NCBI RefSeq assembly: GCF_000009045.1
Contig: NC_000964.3
Location: 3,120,001 to 3,152,000, forward strand
DNA from: Bacillus subtilis subsp. subtilis str. 168
GTDB lineage: Bacteria; Bacillota; Bacilli; Bacillales; Bacillaceae
Length of the DNA stretch: 32,000 nt
Direction: 5' to 3'
Part shown: piece after piece, positions 19,431 through 28,841 of the stretch
Numbering within the stretch: position 1 is the first letter of the stretch
Layout of the letters: each line of letters starts with the position of its first letter
Notes under the pieces: generated by a model
What the model was told of the DNA's origin: nothing
Seen by the model: only the letters and a program-made list of their open reading frames with translations
Database searches by the model: none
Translations under genes and position numbers: made by a program

Positions 19431-20762
19431 GTGGATGATTTAGTTTTGGCCAGAAGCCTTTTTGGCACGACGATGGGCTTTCATATCATTTTCGCAACAC
19501 TTGGAGTCGGTCTGCCGCTCATGATTTTAGTGGCGGAATTGATCTATCAAAAAACGAAAGATGACCATTATGCGATCATGGCGAAAAGATGGACGAAAGC
19601 ACAAGCCGTTTTGCTGGGGGTCGCCATACCGACCGGAACGATCGCGGGCACTCAGCTCGCGCTTTTATGGCCGGGATTTATGGAAGTCATCGGCCGGGTG
19701 ATGTCCCTGCCATTTCAAATTGAAATCTATGCTTTTTTTGTTGAAGCCCTATTCATGTCGATTTATGTATACGCTGCAGACCGTTTGTCACCTGCAATGA
19801 GGATTGTTGCTGTTTTCTTTGTGTTAGTCGGGGCAGCAGCATCCGCTGTTCTGATCACGAATGTTCACGCTTTTGAAGGTACGCCCGCCGGTTTTAAAAT
19901 TTTAAACGGAAAAATTACAGATGTTGACCCGTGGGCTGCGTTTTTTAATCCTAGCTTTTTTATCACTGCCGGCCATGTCGTGCTGTCCGCGTTTATGACT
20001 GGTGCGTTTATCGTGGCTTCTGTTGCGGCGTATAAAATGATCCGAACGAGGAAAAAGGAAAGGGTCTATCGCTTTCACCGGAAAGCCCTTTTGCTCGCAC
20101 TGACGATCGGCGGTATTTTTTCATTGCTGACCGCTTTGAACGGACACGAATCTGCACAGATGCTGTACGAATACCAGCCCGAAAAATTAGCCGGTGCGGA
20201 AGGCCTATTTGAAACAAGATCCCACGCCCCGCTCGCTATCGGCGGTTTTACCGACCCGAATGAAGAAAAAGTAAAATGGGCAATCGAGATTCCATGGGCT
20301 TTAAGCTTTTTGGCAGCGAACCGTTTTGACACTGTTGTAAAAGGATTAAATGCATTTCCGAGAGATGAATGGCCGCCGCTTTTCATTCACACGCTGTTTA
20401 ATGCGATGGTTGGTGTAGGCATGCTGCTAATTCTTTATTCCATTATCGGTGTGGTCTGGAGAAAGGTGCTCAAGAAAGACCGTTTCCCAACGTGGCTTTT
20501 GATCATTTTCATGACAGCAGGCCCTTTTAGTCTCATCGGCATTGAATTCGGCTGGATTTTCGCATGTACGGGGAGGCAGCCTTGGGTCATCTATCATCTG
20601 CTGAAAACGTCAGATGTCGTAACAACGACTGGCTCGATCGGGGTGCTGTTCTTATTTTTCACATTTGTTTATGCCGTGTTAGGCGCAGCTGTCGTCTACG
20701 TGCTGCTGTATTATTTCCGCAAGCACCCGGTTGACGAAGATTTAAATACAGCGGAGTCGTAA
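19431..20762 (+). CDS. ythA: Cytochrome bd-type quinol oxidase subunit I paralog
   Basis: The track ORF starts at TTG 19410. GTG 19431 follows AAAGGTGG at a 9-nt spacing and gives 443 aa. It has CydA-like helices, conserved His residues (GFHIIFATLG, GHVVLSAF) and a Q-loop motif (QPEKLAGAEGLFET). Confidence 0.88.
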   Translation: MDDLVLARSLFGTTMGFHIIFATLGVGLPLMILVAELIYQKTKDDHYAIMAKRWTKAQAVLLGVAIPTGTIAGTQLALLWPGFMEVIGRVMSLPFQIEIYAFFVEALFMSIYVYAADRLSPAMRIVAVFFVLVGAAASAVLITNVHAFEGTPAGFKILNGKITDVDPWAAFFNPSFFITAGHVVLSAFMTGAFIVASVAAYKMIRTRKKERVYRFHRKALLLALTIGGIFSLLTALNGHESAQMLYEYQPEKLAGAEGLFETRSHAPLAIGGFTDPNEEKVKWAIEIPWALSFLAANRFDTVVKGLNAFPRDEWPPLFIHTLFNAMVGVGMLLILYSIIGVVWRKVLKKDRFPTWLLIIFMTAGPFSLIGIEFGWIFACTGRQPWVIYHLLKTSDVVTTTGSIGVLFLFFTFVYAVLGAAVVYVLLYYFRKHPVDEDLNTAES

Positions 20763-20805
20763 TGGCTCCGCAAACAGGAAACCAAATGGAAGGAAGATCG
20801 TACAA

Positions 20806-21846
20806 ATGGAGATTTCAACTGACGCTCTGATCGCCATCTCAATTATCTGGGGCTTTGTGTTTATTTACGCCGTCATGGCGACAATGGATTTTGGAGCGGG
20901 ATTTTGGTCTATGATCTATTTAAACAAGGAGCATATGAAGGCCACCGATATTGCGAATCGCTTTTTGTCCCCGACTTGGGAGGTCACAAACGTCTTTATT
21001 GTGGCCATCGTCGTGGCGCTTTTCAGTTTTTTCCCCGGCGCGACATTTGTGCTCGGCACCGTTTTATTAATTCCCGGAAGCATGATTTTGCTGCTTTTAG
21101 CAATTCGAAGCGGATTTCTCGTGTTTTCAAATACAGCAAAGGAGCGGAAAACGCTAAGATATATTTCCGGCATCTCCGGCTTTATCATTCCTGCTATTTT
21201 AATTTTGGTGCTTCCTGTGACACACGGAGGGTTTATAGAAAAAACGGATGGAATCTATAACTTAAATATGTCTAAAATCTTTTCAAGCCCCAACGCCTAT
21301 TCATTTATCGGGTTTGCGATTTTAAGCACCTTATTTTTGTCCTCGCTGTTGCTTGCAGATTTTTCAAATGTGGCAGAGGAACAGGATGCGTACCGAGCCT
21401 ACAGAAAAAGCGCCCTGATTACCGGCCCGATTTCACTGTTGTTTGCTGTATGCATTATGGTAACTATGCGGAATGAAGCAAACTGGCTGTACAGCGGAAT
21501 GATGAATGATTTTTCTTGGATTATTGCATCGTTCATTACATTTGTCATTGCTGGAATCGCTCTTTTTCTGCCTAACAAAAGCTTTGGTCAAAACATCGGA
21601 AAACCGCGTCTCGCACTTGTTGCGATTGGGATACAGTATTTTCTCGCAAGCTACGCGTACGGGCGGGCGCATCTTCCGTATATGATTTATCCCGATGTGA
21701 CAGTCATGTCAGGCTTCACAGAGCCAGCAACGTTCAGAGCGCTGTTTGCAACGTATATCGTTGCATTTATCATTCTATTTCCGGGCTTCTTTTTCTTCTG
21801 GAAAATGTTTATGCGAGATAAACGCTATATCCGCCAGGAGGAATAG
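20806..21846 (+). CDS. ythB: Cytochrome bd-type quinol oxidase subunit II paralog
   Basis: A 346-aa polytopic membrane protein with SD GGAAGGAAG. It sits immediately downstream of subunit I. Confidence 0.85.
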   Translation: MEISTDALIAISIIWGFVFIYAVMATMDFGAGFWSMIYLNKEHMKATDIANRFLSPTWEVTNVFIVAIVVALFSFFPGATFVLGTVLLIPGSMILLLLAIRSGFLVFSNTAKERKTLRYISGISGFIIPAILILVLPVTHGGFIEKTDGIYNLNMSKIFSSPNAYSFIGFAILSTLFLSSLLLADFSNVAEEQDAYRAYRKSALITGPISLLFAVCIMVTMRNEANWLYSGMMNDFSWIIASFITFVIAGIALFLPNKSFGQNIGKPRLALVAIGIQYFLASYAYGRAHLPYMIYPDVTVMSGFTEPATFRALFATYIVAFIILFPGFFFFWKMFMRDKRYIRQEE

Positions 21847-21899
21847 AGGGCAAGCCAGCCGGCTATACTAATCCAGAACCTTTATAAGGAGGGGATGGC

Positions 21900-22058
21900 A
21901 TGGAGCAGAAAATTCTATGTGAGGTCAACAACTGTTCTTATTGGGGCAAAGGTAACAAATGCACCGCTGATGCCATTTATGTTGTCAGCCATACTGGTGA
22001 AACGGCTGAAAACAGCCGGGAAACAGACTGCAAAACGTTTAAGCCGCATGATTTATAA
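21900..22058 (+). CDS. 52-aa Cys4 small protein (DUF1540-like), below the ORF-track cutoff
   Basis: AAGGAGG (21886-21892) sits 7 nt before ATG 21900. The translation is MEQKILCEVNNCSYWGKGNKCTADAIYVVSHTGETAENSRETDCKTFKPHDL*. It has four Cys and no TM segment, and lies 53 nt after ythB and before the terminator. It may be the locus annotated ythC, but I am not sure. Confidence 0.65.
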   Translation: MEQKILCEVNNCSYWGKGNKCTADAIYVVSHTGETAENSRETDCKTFKPHDL

Positions 22059-22060
22059 TT

Positions 22061-22096
22061 AAAAGAAAGAGCTGCATCAGCCAGCTCTTTCTTTTT
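22061..22096. terminator. Bidirectional intrinsic terminator (ythAB-small ORF / mntD)
   Basis: AAAAGAAAGAGCTG-catcagc-CAGCTCTTTCTTTT forms a 14-bp stem. The mntD stop codon (22077-22079) lies in the loop. Confidence 0.8.
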
Positions 22097-22964
22097 GCAT
22101 GTTGAGTGTTCTCAGCTTTTTAGTTATGACCCCGTTTGCAGGTGAAAACAAAAAGGCGCTTGCATAACATACACCTGTCATGGCCGCCATCGCTCCTGAA
22201 ATCGAAACATTAAGCCACGTTGCGAAGAAATAGCCCATGACCGCCGACAGCCCGCCAATCAACGCGCTGAGAATCAGCATATAAAGAAGCCGGTCTGTCA
22301 GCAAATGTGCCGCAGCCGGCGGAACAATCAGCATGGCCACAACCAATACGGCACCCACCGAATCAAAGGAAGCAACAGTCGTCAAGGACAGCATGCCCAT
22401 TTGCACGTAATGAATGAGCAAAACCGGTATTCCCAAGGCTAAAGCCATTTGAGGATCAAACGAAGCGATTTTAAACTCCTTATAGCACACACTGATCAAC
22501 ACTACGTTTAAAACCAGAACAGATGCCAGCATCCAAAACGCTTTCGGCCCAATATCAACCCCGAATACCGTCACCGTATTCCACGGCACAAAAGCGATTT
22601 CTCCCATTAACGAGTGCTCAATATCGAGATGGACATTCGCTCCATACACAGAAAGCAAAATAACCCCGATTGCAAATAAGGATGTAAACACAACTCCTAT
22701 GGCAGCATCTGATTGAACCCCCTTGCTATGAAGAAGCTGAACCAAGAAAGCCGTTAACAGACCGGTTGCGGCTGCGCCAATAAACATATAAATCCCATCG
22801 AGACTTCCCGTCACTAGAAAAGCGCCGACAATGCCAAGCAACACTGTGTGACTGATTGCGTCGGCCAGCATCGCCATGCTTCTCAGCACAAGAAATGTGC
22901 CGATCAATCCGCAGCTTACACCGACTAATACACCGGTAGCTATAATCCATGCTTCAAAACTCAT
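22077..22964 (-). CDS. mntD: Manganese ABC transporter permease (ABC-3 family)
   Basis: The track ORF is over-extended. ATG 22964 (MSFEAWII, 295 aa) overlaps the mntC end by 11 nt. The protein is polytopic. Confidence 0.9.
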   Translation of the reverse strand: MSFEAWIIATGVLVGVSCGLIGTFLVLRSMAMLADAISHTVLLGIVGAFLVTGSLDGIYMFIGAAATGLLTAFLVQLLHSKGVQSDAAIGVVFTSLFAIGVILLSVYGANVHLDIEHSLMGEIAFVPWNTVTVFGVDIGPKAFWMLASVLVLNVVLISVCYKEFKIASFDPQMALALGIPVLLIHYVQMGMLSLTTVASFDSVGAVLVVAMLIVPPAAAHLLTDRLLYMLILSALIGGLSAVMGYFFATWLNVSISGAMAAMTGVCYASAFLFSPANGVITKKLRTLNMQKERAG

Positions 22965-24261
22965 TTGCGATCTGTCCCTTCTCGGCATCATGAGACGCTT
23001 TTCGACGCTCAGGCATCCGTCCATACAGCTTTAAGAGTGAATAAAGCCGCTCTCTCGTTTCTCTCGGTAAACGGTCCGGGTCAAAGTAGTCCTGATCGGA
23101 TTCTATATTGGCAAGTTCCATTTCATGCATGAGATACACTTCATACATCCGCTGCTTCAAAGCTGTGTGATAGCCTTTTTCTATCCCTTTGCTTGTGATT
23201 TGCCAAATCCCATTTTCGATACGCTCAATGCACCTCTCTTGTTCCAAGTCATTTAATGCCTTAAGGCATAATGAAGGGGATAGGCGTCTTTTCTTTCTTA
23301 CACTTTCAACAGTTACACAAAGATTATTCTTTTCATACTGTTCATAAATCGCCAAAAGCACTTGCTCCCTGCTTGTTCTGCGCCGCAGCCTCATCAGCCT
23401 TATGGCTTTAGCAGCCAATCCCCGCTTAGGCGCGCAAATCATTGAAAAAAGAAAGAGCAGCGTTGCAGATAAGATCATTAATGGCCCTGTCGCCATTCCC
23501 TTCATCGTGGTGCTAAGCAGGGTTCCGGCCACTCCGCTGACCCCGCCTGTAATCCCGGCAATGATGATCATCCCGGTTAATCGTTCGGTCCAATATCTCG
23601 CGGTTATGGCAGGTGTAATCAGCATAGCCGCCATTAATATCACACCAACAGTCTGAAGCCCAATGACGACAGCACAGACAATCAGACAAGCCAAAAGCCC
23701 GTTTAAAAAACGCACCGGGATTCCTAATCCCTTTGCAAACGCGAGATCAAAAGTAATCAATGTAAATTCCTTAAAGAAAACAATACATAGGAGCAGTAGA
23801 ACAGCGGATATCCCTGCAATAAGGATGATATCCTGCCTGACCAATGAAGCAGCCTGGCCGAATAAAAAAGAATCAAGCCCGCTTTGGCTTCCCGCCCCCT
23901 GTTGCTGAATATATGTCAGCAGAATGATCCCGACGCCAAAAAACACAGAAAGAACAATCCCGATCGCCGAGTCCTCCTTTGTTTTTGAAAGCCGAGGAAT
24001 CAGCTGAATACAAAACGTTCCGAGCAGTCCGGCGAGCGCTGCCCCCAGCAAAAAGAAAGGCAGTGATTTTTGCCCGGTGAACAGAAAAGCGAGACACACT
24101 CCCGGCAGAGCTGAATGGGCCATCGCATCGCCGATTAAACTTTGCTTTCTCAGCAGCACAAAGCTGCCCAAAACACCGCTTGCCGTCCCGAGCAAAAGCG
24201 TACCGGCCAGCACCCACTGTGTATTCGGATGCTGAAGCTGCAGCCACAAACTTTCAAACAT
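22954..24261 (-). CDS. mntC: Manganese ABC transporter permease (ABC-3 family) with a C-terminal soluble extension of about 143 aa
   Basis: ATG 24261 follows AAGGAG at an 8-nt spacing and gives 435 aa. The first 290 aa or so are polytopic. The rest is hydrophilic and charged. Confidence 0.9.
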   Translation of the reverse strand: MFESLWLQLQHPNTQWVLAGTLLLGTASGVLGSFVLLRKQSLIGDAMAHSALPGVCLAFLFTGQKSLPFFLLGAALAGLLGTFCIQLIPRLSKTKEDSAIGIVLSVFFGVGIILLTYIQQQGAGSQSGLDSFLFGQAASLVRQDIILIAGISAVLLLLCIVFFKEFTLITFDLAFAKGLGIPVRFLNGLLACLIVCAVVIGLQTVGVILMAAMLITPAITARYWTERLTGMIIIAGITGGVSGVAGTLLSTTMKGMATGPLMILSATLLFLFSMICAPKRGLAAKAIRLMRLRRRTSREQVLLAIYEQYEKNNLCVTVESVRKKRRLSPSLCLKALNDLEQERCIERIENGIWQITSKGIEKGYHTALKQRMYEVYLMHEMELANIESDQDYFDPDRLPRETRERLYSLLKLYGRMPERRKASHDAEKGQIANEF

Positions 24262-24266
24262 TGCGC

Positions 24267-25019
24267 TCACTCCTTATGTCCTTCTGCCAGCACTTTATCT
24301 TTTAAAAACGTAAGCCTTCCTCCATATGTTTTTTGCAGGTTTTCGATCGTAAAAACGTTTTCCGTCGGTCCGAAAGCGATTTTCCTTAAATGAAGCAGTA
24401 AGATCCAATCGAAATAATCCTCGGCGGTCTGCAGATCATGATGGACGACAAGCACGGTTTTTCCTTTTTCTTTGAGTTCTGCCAACAGCGTCATAATCGC
24501 GCGCTCCGTCGCTGCATCAACACCTGCAAACGGTTCATCCATAAAATAAATGTCAGCGTTCTGGCAGAGTGCCCGGGCAAGAAACACCCGCTGCTGCTGT
24601 CCGCCTGACAGCTGGCTGATTTGCCTTTTCGCATAATCATGCATCCCGACTTTTGTTAATGCGGCCTTCGCCATCTCCACATCCGCTTTCTTTGGCCTCT
24701 TTAATAAACCGATTCTCCCGTATCTTCCCATTAGGACGACATCGAGCGGGCTTGTGGGGAAATCCCAGTCAACCGAGCCGCGCTGCGGAACATATCCGAT
24801 TCTGGTCCGCTGATCCTTATAGTCTTTGCCGTAAATAGAGATGTCTCCGGAAGCTCTGGGCACAAGACCGAGAATCGTTTTGATCAAGGTTGATTTTCCC
24901 GCGCCGTTTGGGCCGATAATGCCAATAAGTTTTCCTTCAGGCACCTGCAGCGAAATGTCCTGCAGTACAGGCTTTTTATGATAAGCAACCGTCACATTAT
25001 CAAGCTCAACAGGGAACAT
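24267..25019 (-). CDS. mntB: Manganese ABC transporter ATP-binding protein
   Basis: Walker A GPNGAGKST, signature LSGGQQQR and Walker B IYFMDEP. I chose ATG 25019 (250 aa). GTG 25028 is an alternative start. Confidence 0.9.
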   Translation of the reverse strand: MFPVELDNVTVAYHKKPVLQDISLQVPEGKLIGIIGPNGAGKSTLIKTILGLVPRASGDISIYGKDYKDQRTRIGYVPQRGSVDWDFPTSPLDVVLMGRYGRIGLLKRPKKADVEMAKAALTKVGMHDYAKRQISQLSGGQQQRVFLARALCQNADIYFMDEPFAGVDAATERAIMTLLAELKEKGKTVLVVHHDLQTAEDYFDWILLLHLRKIAFGPTENVFTIENLQKTYGGRLTFLKDKVLAEGHKE

Positions 25020-25037
25020 ATCCTCCACCTCTTTTCT

Positions 25038-25958
25038 TTATTTAAGCGCTTTAGTAATCGTGTTGATATTGTGGCGGAACATTCCTTCGTATGTGCCTTC
25101 TTTTGTGCCCTTTTCACCCATGGCATCCGAATAAAGCTGACCGCCGATTGTGACTGTATGGCCTTTTTCTTTAGCGCCTTCCACCACTGCATTGATTGAT
25201 TTTTCAGATACACTGCTTTCTACGAACACAGCTTTTATTTGTTTTTCTGTCAGAAGATCAACCAGCTCCTGAACATCCCTTAATCCATAGTCCGAATCTG
25301 TGCTGAGTCCCTGCAGGCCTTTTACCTTAAATCCATACTCATTCCCAAAGTACGCAAACGCATCATGAGCAGTCACAAGCACACGGCTTTTCTCCGGAAT
25401 ATGTGCGATCTCCTTACGCGACCACTTATCTAAATATTGCAAATCTTCTTTGTACTCTTTGGCATTTTTCCGAAAGGCATCTGCGTGCTGAGGCATTGCT
25501 TTGCTGAATTGCGCTTCAATTTCATCCACCGCATAGATCCATAACGGAATGCTGAACCAGACGTGGGGATCAAACGTCTTGCCTTCCCCCGCGGGAATAA
25601 GCTTATTTTTCGGAATGGCCTCAGCTACTGCCGCCGATTGTTTTTGTTCGCCGATTTTTTGGAGGACATCCTCCATTTTCCCTTCCAAATGCAACCCGCT
25701 GTACAGAACAACATCGGCAGACATTAATTTTTTCGTGTCACCTTGGGAAGCTTTGTAAAGGTGCGGATCAACCCCCGGTCCCATTAAAGAGGTGACTTTT
25801 ACGTGCTTACCTCCGATGTTTTCTGCTGCATCGGCAATTTGAGATGTTGTCGCTGTCACTTGTAATTGCTGATCAGCGCTTTTTCCGGCTGAATCCGTTC
25901 CGCATCCCGTTAAAGCAAAGGTCGCAAAAAGTACTGCTGCCATCAGCCCTTGTCTCAT
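25038..25958 (-). CDS. mntA: Manganese-binding lipoprotein (cluster A-I SBP, TroA/PsaA-like)
   Basis: ATG 25958 follows AGAGGAGGAG. The lipobox is LTGC and the product is 306 aa. Confidence 0.92.
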   Translation of the reverse strand: MRQGLMAAVLFATFALTGCGTDSAGKSADQQLQVTATTSQIADAAENIGGKHVKVTSLMGPGVDPHLYKASQGDTKKLMSADVVLYSGLHLEGKMEDVLQKIGEQKQSAAVAEAIPKNKLIPAGEGKTFDPHVWFSIPLWIYAVDEIEAQFSKAMPQHADAFRKNAKEYKEDLQYLDKWSRKEIAHIPEKSRVLVTAHDAFAYFGNEYGFKVKGLQGLSTDSDYGLRDVQELVDLLTEKQIKAVFVESSVSEKSINAVVEGAKEKGHTVTIGGQLYSDAMGEKGTKEGTYEGMFRHNINTITKALK

Positions 25959-26068
25959 ATTTCTCCTCCTCTTTGCCATCAATGTCCGATTGTTTTATCT
26001 TATGTTGTCAGTTCTTAGACATGTGACATTAAATTAGCCAAAAGCATGTTTTATTTACACAGGACAAA

Positions 26069-26090
26069 AAGTTTCCCTCATGCAAAATTA
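26069..26090 (-). promoter_or_regulatory. MntR operator (TTTGCATGAGGGAAAC)
   Basis: The minus strand reads TAATTTTGCATGAGGGAAACTT. It resembles the mntH/mntA MntR operators (TTTGC-N5-GGAAAC) as I remember them, and overlaps the -10 element and start site. Confidence 0.6.
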
Positions 26091-26113
26091 TCGCGTTTGG
26101 CCATTTTTGTCAA
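26085..26113 (-). promoter_or_regulatory. Sigma-A promoter of mntABCD (TTGACA-17-TAATTT)
   Basis: The minus strand has TTGACA at 26113-26108, a 17-nt spacer and TAATTT at 26090-26085. This predicts a 5' UTR of about 120 nt. Confidence 0.6.
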
Positions 26114-26125
26114 GCTGATTTACAT

Positions 26126-26153
26126 AAAAAAACCGGCTGGGTCAGCAGCCGGT
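26126..26153 (-). terminator. Intrinsic terminator ending the men operon (after menC)
   Basis: ACCGGCTG-ctgacc-CAGCCGGT is followed on the minus strand by T7. It lies 85 nt after the menC stop. Confidence 0.8.
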
Positions 26154-26237
26154 CCAAACGAGAAGGGATGTATTCAACGAACACTTTTACTGTAACAGCA
26201 CAGTGTCATTTATTCAAAATAGCAAAATGCTTTTTTC

Positions 26238-27353
26238 TTAACCATGCTGTGTGAAAACATCCATTTTGGTCACATATTTTCGCATAATATCTTGGTTTAC
26301 CTCAACCCCTAAACCAGGCTGTTTTGACACAGAAATAAATCCATTATCAATACGAATATCAGGAGTTACAATATCTTCATCCCAATAGCGTGAGGATGAA
26401 GATATATCGCCAGGTATTGTGAATTGAGGCAGTGAAGCAAGCGCCACGTTCTGCGCTCTTGATATGCCTGTTTCCAGCATTCCTCCGCACCAAACCTGCA
26501 TATGATGCTCTTTGCATAAATCATGAATTTTTAAGGCTTCTGTTAAGCCGCCGACACGAGAAGGTTTTATATTAATAATTTTGCAGCTTCCTAGCTCAAT
26601 CGCCCGTCTCGCATCATCAACTGAACAAATGCTCTCATCAAGGCAAATGGCCGTTTTCAAATGTTTCTGCAAGTGGCGGTGGTCAACGATATCGTCAGCT
26701 TGGAGCGGCTGCTCAATCATCATTAAATGATAGTCATCAAGCTCCTTTAAACGGCTGATATCCTTCAGTTCGTAAGAGGAATTGGCATCGGCCATAAGCG
26801 GGATGGTTGGGAATCGGCTGCGGATGGCCTTGACCAATTCCACATCCTGCCCAGGCTGAATTTTAATTTTTATTCTTTGATAACCTTCTTTTTGATAGCT
26901 CTCAATTTCCTTCAGCATATCGTCAAGAGGCGCCAGGCCGACTACCACCCCGGCAGGGACTTTATCTCTTGTTCCGCCCAATGCCTCAGCAAGGGATACG
27001 CCCTTCTTTTTGGCATAAATATCCCATACAGCCGATTCAAGTCCCGCTTTTGCCATCCGGTTTCCTTTATACCGCGCCAGGCTGTCCGGCACTTCTGAAG
27101 GGTGATTGAATTCACGGCCGACGACATTTGGGATAAAAAAATCTTTTAGCATATGCAAACATGTTCCAATGGTTTCCTCGGTGTACCAAGGCGAAGAGAA
27201 AGCGGAAACTTCTCCCCAGCCTGTGACACCTGATGTATCAATGGCTTCCACGATCAGAAATTTACGCTCTTGAAGCGTTTCGATACTGTTTTTAAACGGT
27301 TTCTTTAAGTTCATGCTCAAATGGTAAAGCGTGATTTTTTCTATTTCGATCAT
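26238..27353 (-). CDS. menC: o-Succinylbenzoate synthase (enolase superfamily)
   Basis: A 371-aa protein with enolase-superfamily metal ligands (MADANS, IEQP, LDES) and catalytic Lys residues. It has an ATGA overlap with menE. Confidence 0.92.
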   Translation of the reverse strand: MIEIEKITLYHLSMNLKKPFKNSIETLQERKFLIVEAIDTSGVTGWGEVSAFSSPWYTEETIGTCLHMLKDFFIPNVVGREFNHPSEVPDSLARYKGNRMAKAGLESAVWDIYAKKKGVSLAEALGGTRDKVPAGVVVGLAPLDDMLKEIESYQKEGYQRIKIKIQPGQDVELVKAIRSRFPTIPLMADANSSYELKDISRLKELDDYHLMMIEQPLQADDIVDHRHLQKHLKTAICLDESICSVDDARRAIELGSCKIINIKPSRVGGLTEALKIHDLCKEHHMQVWCGGMLETGISRAQNVALASLPQFTIPGDISSSSRYWDEDIVTPDIRIDNGFISVSKQPGLGVEVNQDIMRKYVTKMDVFTQHG

Positions 27354-28810
27354 AGCAGTTCTCCTTTACGCGCATCCTTCAGCTGATTTCGCAAGAGCTT
27401 ATTAGACGCATTGCGCGGCAGGCGGTCAAGCACAAAGAATTTTGCCGGAATTTTATACTTCGCCAAGCGTTCTTTGCAGTAGTCAGTCAATTCTCCTGCG
27501 CTCACAGGCTTGTGAAGGACAAGATAGGCGTGAGGCACTTTCCCCCATTTTTTGTCCTCAGCCCCTGAAACCCCGGCTTCGGCCACAGCGGGGTGTGAAA
27601 GCAGCACTGACTCCACTTCGGCCGGATAAATGTTTTCTCCGCCGGATATGATCAGATCTGAACGTCTGTCTAATACATATAAAAAGCCTTCATTGTCCAA
27701 ATAACCAAGATCACCTGTTTTCAGCCAGCCATTTTGAAAGGAGGCTTCGTTTGCGCTCTCCCGGTTAAAATAGCTTTTCATGACATTCGGGCCTTTGACC
27801 ATGATTTCACCGTGTTCATACGGTTCACATACCTGTCCGTCCCGCTCTATTTTGATTTCACACGAAAACAGCGGTTTCCCCGCAGATCCGAGCTTTTCCA
27901 TGCTGAATTCCGGCGACAGGGTAACAATTTGCGAGCATGTTTCTGTCATTCCATATGACTGAAAGACAGGGAATCCTTTCTCACGGCATTCCTCAAGCAA
28001 TGGCAGCGGTGCAGGACCGCCGCCGAGAAGAATGCATCTGATGGATTCAGGGCAGCGGTTTGTTTCTTCCAAAAGACTGGCCAGCATAGTCTGCACCGCA
28101 GATATCATTGTCACTTCATGCCTGTTGATAGAATGCAGCACATCGCTTACGGAAAAACGCTGGTGAAGCACGACAGTCATTCCATAGATCACAGATTTAA
28201 ATAATGCGGACAATCCGCTGATATGAAAGAGCGGCAATGCGATAAGCCAGCGGTCTTGTTCTGTTATACCCAAATTAAGAGCGGACGACACCGCACTGAA
28301 ATAATGGTTTCCGAACGTTTGCTGAACTCCCTTGGGCTTTCCTGTCGTACCCGACGTATACATCAGCGTTGCCGTTGCATCCATTTGCATATAAGCCTCG
28401 ATCTCAATTTCCTCTGCTGCTTCTTTCATCAGTTCATCCACATCAATCGTTTGAACGATGTGTTCATATTCTTTCTTCTCAAAGCTTGAATCTGTCAATA
28501 AAAAGCCGGATCCCGAATCCTCCAGCTGAAACAGCCTTTCATGTGTTGACAGCTTCGTATTCAAAAGCACCGCCTTAACACCAAGCAAAAAACAAGCGTG
28601 AACAGCGTATACCATTTCTGCACGGTTTTGGAGCAAAATAGCTGCAGTATCCCCTTTCCGAACCGAATGAGCGGCAAGCTGTTCCGCCATTCGTTTAGAC
28701 GCGGCAAACAATTCTGCAAATGTCACGGTTTGGTCTTCATAGATGAGAGCGATTCTCTCAGGTGTCAGCTGTGCCCGCTGCATGAGCCAGTTGGGCTGTT
28801 CTGTCAGCAT
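27350..28810 (-). CDS. menE: o-Succinylbenzoate-CoA ligase
   Basis: A 486-aa protein with adenylate-forming motifs YTSGTTGKPKG, YGMTE and GDLGYLD. Confidence 0.93.
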   Translation of the reverse strand: MLTEQPNWLMQRAQLTPERIALIYEDQTVTFAELFAASKRMAEQLAAHSVRKGDTAAILLQNRAEMVYAVHACFLLGVKAVLLNTKLSTHERLFQLEDSGSGFLLTDSSFEKKEYEHIVQTIDVDELMKEAAEEIEIEAYMQMDATATLMYTSGTTGKPKGVQQTFGNHYFSAVSSALNLGITEQDRWLIALPLFHISGLSALFKSVIYGMTVVLHQRFSVSDVLHSINRHEVTMISAVQTMLASLLEETNRCPESIRCILLGGGPAPLPLLEECREKGFPVFQSYGMTETCSQIVTLSPEFSMEKLGSAGKPLFSCEIKIERDGQVCEPYEHGEIMVKGPNVMKSYFNRESANEASFQNGWLKTGDLGYLDNEGFLYVLDRRSDLIISGGENIYPAEVESVLLSHPAVAEAGVSGAEDKKWGKVPHAYLVLHKPVSAGELTDYCKERLAKYKIPAKFFVLDRLPRNASNKLLRNQLKDARKGELL

Positions 28811-28841
28811 GTCATCATCTCCGAGGTAAAATGTCTGTATT

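Noticed and set aside
21895-22059. Alternative 54-aa frame starting at ATG 21895, overlapping the Cys4 ORF (MAWSRKFYVRSTTVLIGAK...)
   Set aside because: The SD-to-ATG spacing is only 2 nt, against 7 nt for ATG 21900. The other frame has the conserved-looking Cys4 pattern.
26013-26040. Possible second MntR site or alternative promoter in the mntA 5' UTR (TTGGCTAATTTAATGTCACATGTCTAAG on the minus strand)
   Set aside because: The similarity to either a sigma-A promoter or the TTTGC-N5-GGAAAC operator is weak. I cannot support it from sequence alone.
26168-26254. 28-aa + strand ORF (MYSTNTFTVTAQCHLFKIAKCFFLNHAV) between the men terminator and the menC 3' end
   Set aside because: The GGGA abuts the ATG, leaving no spacer. 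The ORF runs antisense into menC and has no supporting features.
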